A stretch of 40,207 nucleotides of DNA from an uncultured Candidatus Saccharibacteria bacterium (GTDB lineage Bacteria > Patescibacteriota > Saccharimonadia > Saccharimonadales > JAUPVS01), in assembly GCA_964410185.1 (NCBI GenBank), contig CAYPFM010000002.1:200047-240253 (forward strand). The letters are read 5' to 3'. Below the pieces are notes generated by a model, which was given only the letters and a program-made list of their open reading frames with translations, did not search any database and was not told the origin of the DNA. The translations under genes and the position numbers were made by a program. This document shows positions 23,159 through 31,679 of the stretch, piece by piece. Each line of letters begins with the position of its first letter. The first letter of the stretch is position 1.

Positions 23159-24116
23159 GATTAACCGCCGTTCTACCTGCAAAGGCGCCAATGCCTAAGT
23201 ACTCTGCGGCTGACTGCCAACCCTCTTGCGTGTCGTCGGGATTAATGTGAATAAAATCGACGTCACTATTGCGAGCCAAGCCACCATCTTTATGGCAGTC
23301 ATCGCCAACGTAGAGAACCTGGTTTTGGTGTTCAAAGTCGTGCGGTAGATCGTAGTTCCGCAGCCACTGCTGCCGAGCGATATCCATCAGGAGCGGCGAC
23401 GGCTTGGATAGTTCGGCTGGCGTGCAGACCCGCATGAGGCCAAGTTGACCGAGTAACTCCGTGCTAATAAGTATGTCTGGCGGCGGCACCTGCCAGAGTT
23501 CGTAGACTCGATGAATAAACTCATGGTGACCAGCCGAGATGGTAGCCGTTGTGATTTGTTCCCCATCTGTCCGGGCGGCTTCGAGCTGGGCGCTAAAAGC
23601 GAGATAGCCATTGGTTGGGCGTGGCCAACGATCGCCATCTTCAAACGGCAAACCAACCTGACTCAGTAAGTATTCCAGCTTCACGTCAGTCAGTAACTTA
23701 GTAATGGCTTCTAGTTCTTCGGGATCGAGCTTGCTGCGGTATCTGCCGTTGGCAGCCGCGTTAAGGTTGCTCAGTGATTTTATGATGTCGGCAGGCGCGT
23801 AGTCCAGCTGCGTCATGACGGTGATTTGCTCAAAGATTCGTACGTCCTTGGCCTTCGATACCAGACTGGCGGCAATTTCAATTGGCGTGCGGTTGTTGTG
23901 CTCGCCGCTGGCAATATAGGCGGCAAGGGCTGGTGCGCCATAGATATCACGAATACTTTTTCGGTAGGCTTCGTTGACACCAATGCCACCGGGCGAAGGT
24001 TCAAAACTCTGACACTGCGTACCGTCAAAGTCTGAGCTGAACAGCTTGGCCCCCTCAAAGTCGGCCGGATTGGCCGGGTGTTCGACAGGAAGTGTCAGCT
24101 CAGGCAATTCCGTCAT
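23148..24116 (-). CDS. HAD-superfamily (subfamily IA-like) phosphatase with enlarged cap region
   Basis: Motif I FSSDFDGT, motif II TISAG, motif III Lys in LSKPSP, motif IV YVGDDCHKD. Confidence 0.75.
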   Translation of the reverse strand: MTELPELTLPVEHPANPADFEGAKLFSSDFDGTQCQSFEPSPGGIGVNEAYRKSIRDIYGAPALAAYIASGEHNNRTPIEIAASLVSKAKDVRIFEQITVMTQLDYAPADIIKSLSNLNAAANGRYRSKLDPEELEAITKLLTDVKLEYLLSQVGLPFEDGDRWPRPTNGYLAFSAQLEAARTDGEQITTATISAGHHEFIHRVYELWQVPPPDILISTELLGQLGLMRVCTPAELSKPSPLLMDIARQQWLRNYDLPHDFEHQNQVLYVGDDCHKDGGLARNSDVDFIHINPDDTQEGWQSAAEYLGIGAFAGRTAVNHAQ

Positions 24117-24119
24117 AGG

Positions 24120-24638
24120 TTACTCCGGTATCTGGCTGCGCCAATCTTGCTGGACGGCAGCATCAAGTTTCACGACGTCACTGGCCATTTGGGCGCGGAA
24201 GGCCTGGTATTCGGCATGAAGAGCGTCATTATTCATGGCCAGCAGCTCAACGGCGAATAAACCGGCATTGTAGGCACCGTTTTCCGGGAAGACGGCCAGT
24301 GGCGCACCTTTGGGCATTTTGATGTTGGACCAGAGCGCCTCGTGATCGTGGTTGTCACGCTTAACCGGCACGGCCAGCACAGGAACTTCGGCCATAACAG
24401 CGGTCATGCCCGGGAGGTGGGCCGAGCCACCGGCTCCAGCGATAATTAAGCGAATGCCCCGCTCACGCGCGCTCATCGCGTACTCGCGCATCAGTTCTGG
24501 TGTACGGTGAGCCGAAATGAAACGGACTTCGTACGGAATTTTGAATAAATCAAGCGCATCGGGGGCACCTTGCATGATGTCGAGGTCTGATTTTGACCCC
24601 ATGATTACTCCAACGACTGGTGCTTCTGTTTTGCTCAT
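24120..24638 (-). CDS. purE: N5-carboxyaminoimidazole ribonucleotide mutase
   Basis: GVIMGSKSD and GAGGSAHLPG motifs. ATGA overlap with purK. Confidence 0.93.
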   Translation of the reverse strand: MSKTEAPVVGVIMGSKSDLDIMQGAPDALDLFKIPYEVRFISAHRTPELMREYAMSARERGIRLIIAGAGGSAHLPGMTAVMAEVPVLAVPVKRDNHDHEALWSNIKMPKGAPLAVFPENGAYNAGLFAVELLAMNNDALHAEYQAFRAQMASDVVKLDAAVQQDWRSQIPE

Positions 24639-25765
24639 ACTGCAATTCCCTTTCTGGCTTGATTAGCGCGCTTGCTGGCCTGGCGGGTGTTCTTACCGGT
24701 GCTGGTAATATGACCCATCTTACGATCAATTTTAACAGGTGTTTTGCCATACCAGTGAATATGCGTATCGGCCCGGACCAGCGCTTTGCTAAAATCTGGC
24801 TCGGCATCGCTGTTGCGAGTGCCCAAAATGTTAACCATCGACGCGGCGGGAGCTACTAAACTGGTATCGCCCAAAGGCAGGCCGGTAATGGCCCGAATAT
24901 GCTGTTCGAATTGCGAGGTGACGCAGCCTTCGATACTGTAGTGACCGGAATTATGGACGCGCGGAGCGATTTCATTCACCACTACTTCATCGTCTTTGAG
25001 CAGGAACATCTCGATGGCAAAGACGCCTGCTCCTTGCAGATGCTTGGCAACACGCTTCGCCAACTTGGTGGCATTCTTATAGGCTGGTTTACTAATGCTG
25101 GCGGGGGCCAAGGTCTCCAAACAAATGCTGCGTTCGTGGATCAGCTCGACCACTGGATAGAACTTGGTTCGTCCCTTGGTATCGCGGGCCACGATAACCG
25201 ACAACTCTTTTTTAAAGGGCAACAACTTTTCGGCGTACAGCTGGTCGGGCGCGAAGTGCTTCATGGTCTTGCGTAGTTCCTTGGTGTTTTTGATGACGAA
25301 GTTACCGCGACCATCATAGGCACCATAGCGAGCTTTAAGAATCATGCTGCCACCAAAGTCATCCAGGGCCACAAAACCGGCGCCCAGGTCGTGAATCGGT
25401 AGGTATGGTGCGACGGCCACGCCAGCCTTGGTTAGGAATTCTTTTTGCAGGAATTTGTCCTGAATCATGGCGATGGTCGCTGGGGCGGGATGCACTGGCT
25501 TCCCGCTGTCGGCGATTTTTTGCAGGCTGGCCGTGTCTAAGTGTTCGATTTCGACAGTGACCACATCACAGGCCCGCGCCAGCTGCCGCAACGCCTTTTT
25601 GTCATACAAACCACCAACGATTTGTTGGGCCCCTACCTGGGCTGCCGGGCAGTTTTTGGCCGATTCAAGCACCACGACGTTAAAACCGAGCGGCTTGGCG
25701 GCGAGCGTCAGCATGCGTCCGAGTTGCCCACCCCCCACAATGCCGATGGTTTTAACATTTCGCAT
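24635..25765 (-). CDS. purK: N5-carboxyaminoimidazole ribonucleotide synthase
   Basis: N-terminus IGIVGGGQLGRM, an ATP-grasp fold, and a position upstream of purE. Confidence 0.9.
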   Translation of the reverse strand: MRNVKTIGIVGGGQLGRMLTLAAKPLGFNVVVLESAKNCPAAQVGAQQIVGGLYDKKALRQLARACDVVTVEIEHLDTASLQKIADSGKPVHPAPATIAMIQDKFLQKEFLTKAGVAVAPYLPIHDLGAGFVALDDFGGSMILKARYGAYDGRGNFVIKNTKELRKTMKHFAPDQLYAEKLLPFKKELSVIVARDTKGRTKFYPVVELIHERSICLETLAPASISKPAYKNATKLAKRVAKHLQGAGVFAIEMFLLKDDEVVVNEIAPRVHNSGHYSIEGCVTSQFEQHIRAITGLPLGDTSLVAPAASMVNILGTRNSDAEPDFSKALVRADTHIHWYGKTPVKIDRKMGHITSTGKNTRQASKRANQARKGIAV

Positions 25766-25785
25766 TTAGCATATAATAACCCATC

Positions 25786-25812
25786 TTGGTCAAATTTGCT
25801 GCATGGTACAAT
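25786..25812 (+). promoter_or_regulatory. candidate purC promoter: TTGGTC-N15-TGgTACAAT, 8 nt from the ATG (leaderless candidate)
   Basis: TACAAT at 25807-25812 with TG at 25804-25805. ATG at 25821 with no SD. The same 55-bp spacer carries a minus-strand TATTAT (plus 25773-25778) 7 nt from the purK ATG. Confidence 0.35.
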
Positions 25813-25820
25813 AAACCGTA

Positions 25821-26771
25821 ATGATGCAGACGATTCCAGAGACCAACTTTACTTTTCCGGGCCAAACCGCCGTCTATCATGGCAAAGTCCGCGACGTCTA
25901 CACCATCAATGACGACTTCATGGTCGCCATCGTCACCGACCGTATCTCGGCCTTTGACGTCATCTTGCCTCGAGCCATTCCCTACAAGGGCCAAGTCCTC
26001 AATCAAATTGCTGATCACTTTTTACAAGCCACCACGGACATCGCGCCCAACTGGCTGACCTCAACTCCCGACCCCAACGTTTCCATCGGCCTCAAGTGCG
26101 AGCCATTCAAGATTGAGATGGTAATCCGCGGCTGTTTGGTCGGCTACTCCTGGCGGCAATACAAAGCCGGCGAACGACAACTTTGCGGCGTAACTCTACC
26201 AGAGGGCATGCAGGAATACGACATCTTTCCTGAGCCAATCATTACCCCGTCCACCAAAGCCGACGAAGGTCATGACGAAGATATATCAGCCCAAGACATC
26301 GTCAAAACTGGCCTGGCAACCCAAGAGGAGTTTGACGAACTGTCTCGCCTGGCGCGCGCTCTCTTTGCTCGCGGACAAGCCATGGCCAAACAGCAAGGCC
26401 TATTCTTAGCAGATACCAAGTACGAATTTGGTAAGAAGGACGGCAAAATTTACGTCATCGACGAGATCCACACGCCCGACTCATCACGCTACTTTTATGA
26501 GGACAGCTACCAAGCCTACTTGCAGAATCATCAAACGCCACCGCATCATCTTTCTAAGGAATTTGTCCGCGAATGGCTGATGGATAATGGCTTTCAGGGT
26601 AAGGACGGCCAAGTCGTGCCCGAAATGACCGATGAATTTGTCGCGTCGGTCAGCCAACATTACATTGAATTATACGAACAGATTACTGGTAAAACATTCG
26701 TGAAAGACAGCAGTGATGACATTCAAAAGCGTATCGAAGCCAACGTTACAAAAGCGCTGGAGAAACTGTAG
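25821..26771 (+). CDS. purC: phosphoribosylaminoimidazole-succinocarboxamide synthase (long ~315-aa form)
   Basis: GKVRDVY and [10 protein letters not shown] motifs. Confidence 0.92.
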   Translation: MMQTIPETNFTFPGQTAVYHGKVRDVYTINDDFMVAIVTDRISAFDVILPRAIPYKGQVLNQIADHFLQATTDIAPNWLTSTPDPNVSIGLKCEPFKIEMVIRGCLVGYSWRQYKAGERQLCGVTLPEGMQEYDIFPEPIITPSTKADEGHDEDISAQDIVKTGLATQEEFDELSRLARALFARGQAMAKQQGLFLADTKYEFGKKDGKIYVIDEIHTPDSSRYFYEDSYQAYLQNHQTPPHHLSKEFVREWLMDNGFQGKDGQVVPEMTDEFVASVSQHYIELYEQITGKTFVKDSSDDIQKRIEANVTKALEKL

Positions 26772-28165
26772 TGGCCTTTAAACCAATTCGTCTGCCCAAG
26801 GTGGCGACACAGCTTAGTCTTTCAGCCATTGATCCTCTGGACGGCCGCTATTACGATGCCGAAACCGCCCAACATCTATCCGAGGAAAGCCGGATTGCCT
26901 ACCAGGCCTATGTGGAAGCCGCTCTCGCTCAAACTCTGGCCGATTTTAAGGTTTGTACAGCGGCGATTGCTGACGAAATCGAAGCCGCCGCCCGAAAGGT
27001 CAAGGCCGCGGATGTTTATGTAGAAGAACAGACCACCAAGCACGACATTAAGGCTCTAGTAAATTGCATCAAGCAGCAGATTAGCCCGGCAGCACAACCA
27101 TTTGTGCATTTTGGGGCAACTTCCTACGATATTGTCTCGACGGCTGCCGCCCTGCAAATGCGTGACACCATTCAACAACTGGTTGTACCCCGCTTAGTTA
27201 CCTTGCGCCACACTATTGCCAAGCTTAGCCAGGAACATGCGGCCACCACTCAGATCGGGCGAACCCACGGCCAACACGCTGTGCCGATTACTTTTGGCTT
27301 TGCGCTGGCTGAGTATGTCAGTCGTCTCGGCGCCTCTACCGCGGCGCTGCAAGACCTGAGCGACATGTTGGTGGGTAAGTTTTCTGGTGCTGTCGGTGCT
27401 TACAACGCACTAAGTCTTTTTGTCGATGATCCTTTCAAGTTCGAGAAAGAACTATTGGCAAAACTCGGCCTCAAGCCGGCTGAGTATTCAAACCAGATTG
27501 TTCCGCCCGAAGCCATGGTGCGCCTAGCCGACGAACTGGCGGTCGTGGCCGGCATTATGGCCAACTTGAGTCACGATATGCGTCACCTGCAGCGAACCGA
27601 AATTGCCGAGGTTCAAGAGCGTTTCGAAAAAGGCCAAACCGGCTCCTCGACCATGGCGCACAAACGCAATCCCTGGAACTTTGAGAACGTCATTAGTATG
27701 TCCAAACAGGTTGTTGCCCAAACGATTAACGCCAACCAGAACTTGTCGAGCGAACACCAGCGTGACCTGACCGACTCAGCCTCCAGCCGCTTCTACGCTA
27801 TCGCGCCGGCCAGTGTGGCCTCAATGGCGACCCGCCTCAACAAAATTATGGGCAAGCTCGAAGTTAACAGCGACAGTATGCAACGTAATCTGAGCCTCAC
27901 CGGTGGCGCGATTGCCGCGGAGCCACTCTACTTGCTATTTGAAAAGTACGGCCACACCCAAGCCCACGAATTGGCCAAAGAATTAGCCCACACGGCGCTA
28001 GCACAGCACAAACCATTGGCAGGAGTGGTAGCTAGCAACAAAGTTGCGGCACCGTATTGGCAGCAGTTTAGTGCCAAGGAAAAACAGATTATAGAAGCAC
28101 CCGAGAAGTATTACACTGGCTTGGCTGAAGCCAAAACCAAAAAGATCCTGGCCACTTGGGCCTAG
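26771..28165 (+). CDS. purB: adenylosuccinate lyase
   Basis: Fumarase/lyase signature GSSTMAHKRNP. GTG start overlaps the purC stop. Confidence 0.92.
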   Translation: MAFKPIRLPKVATQLSLSAIDPLDGRYYDAETAQHLSEESRIAYQAYVEAALAQTLADFKVCTAAIADEIEAAARKVKAADVYVEEQTTKHDIKALVNCIKQQISPAAQPFVHFGATSYDIVSTAAALQMRDTIQQLVVPRLVTLRHTIAKLSQEHAATTQIGRTHGQHAVPITFGFALAEYVSRLGASTAALQDLSDMLVGKFSGAVGAYNALSLFVDDPFKFEKELLAKLGLKPAEYSNQIVPPEAMVRLADELAVVAGIMANLSHDMRHLQRTEIAEVQERFEKGQTGSSTMAHKRNPWNFENVISMSKQVVAQTINANQNLSSEHQRDLTDSASSRFYAIAPASVASMATRLNKIMGKLEVNSDSMQRNLSLTGGAIAAEPLYLLFEKYGHTQAHELAKELAHTALAQHKPLAGVVASNKVAAPYWQQFSAKEKQIIEAPEKYYTGLAEAKTKKILATWA

Positions 28166-29334
28166 AGCACCTTCAGGTCGCTTAATTCGTCGGGCAAAAA
28201 CCCCTCCGGATGCTTAAAACCGGCTTCCCACTTGGTTCCCTTTTGGTAGCCTAAATCTTTCATCAGTTGGGTGGGCGCGTTGCGCAGATGCAATGGTACG
28301 GCCGCATCCGGAAAGTCGCGGGCGGCAGACTGCGCTTTGGTCATGGCGTCGGCGACAGTGCGAGACTTTTCGCATTTAGCCAACACCAGCGCGCAGTGAA
28401 ATAAATTGTACTGACACTCGGGCATACCAATGCGTTCGACAGCCTGAAAGGTGGCCACAGCCAGGTTGAGCGCCGGTGAAGCCGCGATACCAACATCTTC
28501 ACTGGCGAAGATAACCATTCGGCGGGCCACAAACTTAGGGTCTTCGCCGGCCTGTAACATCCGAGCTAAGTAGTACAGGCTGGCATTGGCATCGCTGCCG
28601 CGCATTGACTTAATAAAGGCACTAATGATGTTGTAGTGGTTCTCGCCCTTTTTGTCATAGCCAGGCACTCGTTTTTGGGCGGCCGTCTCGACTACTTCGG
28701 GCGTGATGGCATTATGCGCCAGCTGCATGGCTAACTCGAGGTTGCCAAGGGCCACCCTGGCATCTCCACCAGATAGTTCGGCCAGCAAGTCTATACTCGC
28801 CTTCGGCAATTTCTTGGCATTGAGTTGTTCTCGTTTTGCGGTCTTCTGAATAATCTTGATGATGTCGGCCTTGGATAATGGCTCCAGTACCAACACGCGA
28901 CTCCGGCTTAGCAAGGGATTAATAACCTCGAAGCTTGGGTTCTCGGTGGTGGCACCAATTAGTATGATGGTGCCGTTTTCGACGTGAGGCAGAAAGGTAT
29001 CTTGCTGAGCTTTATTGAAGCGATGGATCTCGTCTACGAACAGTATGGTTTGGAGTTTGAGACGTTGGTTGCCCTTGGCATGGTCGATCACCCGCGTGAC
29101 ATCGGCCTTGCTGGCTGTGACGGCGCTCAACTCAATAAATTCGGCGCCTGTTTCTTTGGCGATGATGCGCGCTAAGGTTGTTTTGCCACTGCCGGGCGGC
29201 CCCCATAGAATTAGGCTGGTGGGTTGTTTTTGCTCGATAATCTCGCGAATGATTTTGCCGCTACTGACCAAGTGCTCTTGCCCGATAACATCGGCCAAAG
29301 TTTGAGGTCGCATCCGCTCCGCCAGTGGTTCCAT
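28162..29334 (-). CDS. rarA: replication-associated recombination protein A (MgsA/RarA AAA+ ATPase)
   Basis: Walker A GPPGSGKTT, Walker B LFVDEIHRFNK, and a MgsA C-terminal domain. Confidence 0.9.
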   Translation of the reverse strand: MEPLAERMRPQTLADVIGQEHLVSSGKIIREIIEQKQPTSLILWGPPGSGKTTLARIIAKETGAEFIELSAVTASKADVTRVIDHAKGNQRLKLQTILFVDEIHRFNKAQQDTFLPHVENGTIILIGATTENPSFEVINPLLSRSRVLVLEPLSKADIIKIIQKTAKREQLNAKKLPKASIDLLAELSGGDARVALGNLELAMQLAHNAITPEVVETAAQKRVPGYDKKGENHYNIISAFIKSMRGSDANASLYYLARMLQAGEDPKFVARRMVIFASEDVGIAASPALNLAVATFQAVERIGMPECQYNLFHCALVLAKCEKSRTVADAMTKAQSAARDFPDAAVPLHLRNAPTQLMKDLGYQKGTKWEAGFKHPEGFLPDELSDLKVL

Positions 29335-29352
29335 GACTATAGTATACGTGGT

Positions 29353-29844
29353 TTAGAGCTGAATATCGGACAGTACAGCGTCAGGACCGTGCAAATCCTG
29401 CAACAAACCACAAAATAATTCCAGGCTGAGGCTGTCCTGAATGAGGGCCGCGGCAGGTTCTGACCGTTCGCGCTGCTCTTGTAGCGCGGCAGCCGAAACG
29501 TCCCTAATCCGATAGCGAGGTTCACCCGAAGCTCGAGCTGCCTCTTGGACGTGAGCAATGTCGACGACGTAGTGATAGTCATCGTCTTTGTATATAGCGA
29601 CAACGCGGGCCAGTTCGGCCAGGTTATAGCCAGCTTGGGTGACTTCATCTTCGCTCACCACTGGGTAGGTTCCGTCAATGTGCAACTCACCAGTATGTGG
29701 GTCGGCCCAAAGGGCATGCAGGTCGAGGTAGCTGTTTTCGCCCGGCGCAAGATCACAAACGTAGCGATATTGCATATCAACTTCTTCTTCGGGGATGACG
29801 TATGGTTCGGGCGTAAGTTCACCAGTTAAGATATCTAGTGGCAT
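29353..29844 (-). CDS. hypothetical acidic 163-aa protein
   Basis: Clean ORF located 18 nt upstream of rarA on the same strand. No recognisable motif. Confidence 0.6.
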   Translation of the reverse strand: MPLDILTGELTPEPYVIPEEEVDMQYRYVCDLAPGENSYLDLHALWADPHTGELHIDGTYPVVSEDEVTQAGYNLAELARVVAIYKDDDYHYVVDIAHVQEAARASGEPRYRIRDVSAAALQEQRERSEPAAALIQDSLSLELFCGLLQDLHGPDAVLSDIQL

Positions 29845-29851
29845 AAAACAT

Positions 29852-29880
29852 ACAATAGCCTATTTAGCAAAATGATGCTA
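29852..29880 (-). promoter_or_regulatory. candidate promoter TAGCAT-N17-TATTGT, 7 nt from the ATG of the 163-aa ORF (leaderless candidate)
   Basis: Plus ACAATA at 29852-29857 and ATGCTA at 29875-29880. ATG at 29844. Confidence 0.3.
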
Positions 29881-29918
29881 CTAACGCTTTTACCACCCAC
29901 CCTAGCCACAGTCTCAAT

Positions 29919-31577
29919 CTACGGAATGAGCAACGTCTCGCCACCCATCTTCTTCGCAAAGAAGCTGTCGTGAGAGATGTAGATGATGGCGCCGTGGTAG
30001 GTTTTCATGGCGTTTTCCAATTCCTCGATACTCGGTAGGTCGAGGTGGTTTGTCGGCTCGTCCAAAATCAGTATCTGTGGATCGTCAACCAACATGGCGA
30101 TAAGCTGCAAGCGAGCTTTTTGGCCGCCACTGAGCTTCTCGACTGGCATCAAGCCGTCCGAGGCGGGATTGAACAGGTAGTCGCTTAGGAGCTGTTTTAC
30201 CTTTTGGGGATTGATTGGCAGCTTCTTTTCGTCCAGGATTTGTTCAATGGCTTCGTTTAGAGTCATGGTTAGATAGCGCGGGTTAATTTCCTGCTCGTAC
30301 AGACCAATCTTAATCTCTTTCTCAACTTCAATTTCACCAGCAAAACACTGCGACTGGAGCTTCTCGCCGGTGACTTGCGCCATGATGGCCTGAACCAGCG
30401 TTGATTTACCGGCTCCATTACGACCATGGAGACGTAGGCGCTCACCTTCGTTAACGATAAAACTCAGGTTATCGAACAAGGGCTTGCCGTCGTAACCGAG
30501 GCTGACCTTGGTAGCTTGGACCAGCTTGCGGCCACCAATACCGTCTTCCTTTTTGCGGGTGGTCACCTTGATGTTTTTGGTTTTGTGTTTGTCGTAGGAT
30601 GCCGTTAGCTTATCGTTCATACCAGCGGCTGATTCTTGATCGATCCAAAATGACGGTTTAACGGTGTTGCGCAGTCGATTAATTTCTTCTTGGGCTTTCA
30701 GCTCCTGTGATTTGAAGCGGCGAATTGTACCAGGGGTTCGGGCTTTTTCTTTGAGCCGACGGAAACGAACGACATCTTCTTCTAGGTTGATAATGCGACG
30801 CTGTGACAGATCATACTCGTTAACCTGGTTGGTAATTTGGTTGGTGTTGTTCTTAAGGTAGGCTTCGTAGTTGCCACGGAAGCTGTAGCAACGGCCGTCG
30901 CGGATTTCGATAATGCGATCAACCTCACTGAGGACGTCGCGGTCGTGGGTGATGACCAGCACGGCCTCTTGGGCAGCTCGCAACCACTTCACAAAGGCGG
31001 TTTTGGCTACATAGTCCATGTGGTTGGTTGGTTCGTCAATAAGTGCGATATGCCCACGGCTCCGCTGGACTTTAATCAATTCAATCATGCGCTTCTGGCC
31101 ACCGCTCAAGGAGCCGACTGGCATGTGCATCTTGCTAGGGTCAATTTGGTATTGCTCAAAAGCCTGCTGGATTTCGTCTTCGATCTGGTAGTAATCGAGG
31201 TGTCCAAAACGCTCCAGAGCATCAGAAAATTCTTGTAGTTTTTTGGGATTACTTCCCATGGTGTCGGGATAGGTATCAATGATATGGGTCAGCTCGGCAT
31301 ACTCCGGCAGGTCACCCTGGATATATTCCAAGACAGTCTTGGCTTCGTGCCCGTAATGCTCCTGGCGGCTGCTGATAACCACGGTGCCTCGCTTAATTGT
31401 TACTTCACCTTCAAAGTCGGTGTCTTCCCCAGTAATCAGGTGGAGGAGCGTCGATTTGCCGGTGCCGTTACGACCAATCAAACCAACCTTCTCACCATCC
31501 TGAATTTCGAAGTTCAGATCGTGATAAAGGACTTTGTCGCCAAAGGACTTTTCAGAGATTTCTACATTGATGAGCAT
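29919..31577 (-). CDS. ABC-F family ATPase (two ABC cassettes, no membrane domain)
   Basis: Walker A GRNGTGKST and GRNGAGKST. Signatures LSGGQKRM and LSGGQKAR. A basic inter-domain linker separates the cassettes. Confidence 0.9.
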   Translation of the reverse strand: MLINVEISEKSFGDKVLYHDLNFEIQDGEKVGLIGRNGTGKSTLLHLITGEDTDFEGEVTIKRGTVVISSRQEHYGHEAKTVLEYIQGDLPEYAELTHIIDTYPDTMGSNPKKLQEFSDALERFGHLDYYQIEDEIQQAFEQYQIDPSKMHMPVGSLSGGQKRMIELIKVQRSRGHIALIDEPTNHMDYVAKTAFVKWLRAAQEAVLVITHDRDVLSEVDRIIEIRDGRCYSFRGNYEAYLKNNTNQITNQVNEYDLSQRRIINLEEDVVRFRRLKEKARTPGTIRRFKSQELKAQEEINRLRNTVKPSFWIDQESAAGMNDKLTASYDKHKTKNIKVTTRKKEDGIGGRKLVQATKVSLGYDGKPLFDNLSFIVNEGERLRLHGRNGAGKSTLVQAIMAQVTGEKLQSQCFAGEIEVEKEIKIGLYEQEINPRYLTMTLNEAIEQILDEKKLPINPQKVKQLLSDYLFNPASDGLMPVEKLSGGQKARLQLIAMLVDDPQILILDEPTNHLDLPSIEELENAMKTYHGAIIYISHDSFFAKKMGGETLLIP

Positions 31578-31585
31578 AACAGGGT

Positions 31586-31591
31586 ATTATA
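31586..31591 (-). promoter_or_regulatory. consensus TATAAT 8 nt upstream of the ABC-F ATG (leaderless candidate)
   Basis: Plus ATTATA at 31586-31591. ATG at 31577. No SD. Confidence 0.35.
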
Positions 31592-31661
31592 GGCCATCTG
31601 ACCCCTATAACCTATTCTTCTTGAGGGTGGATGACCCCAAGGTGTAATCTGGTCATCTTTT

Positions 31662-31670
31662 TGCTATACT
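31662..31670 (+). promoter_or_regulatory. extended -10 TGcTATACT 9 nt upstream of the glycosyltransferase ATG (leaderless candidate)
   Basis: TG at 31662-31663 and TATACT at 31665-31670. ATG at 31680. No SD. Confidence 0.3.
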
Positions 31671-31679
31671 TAAGCACAA

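Noticed and set aside
23159-23191. Longer start (23191) for the AAA_28 ATPase.
   Set aside because: It would overlap the upstream HAD gene by 44 nt. ATG 23158 places the Walker A loop at the usual distance from the N-terminus.
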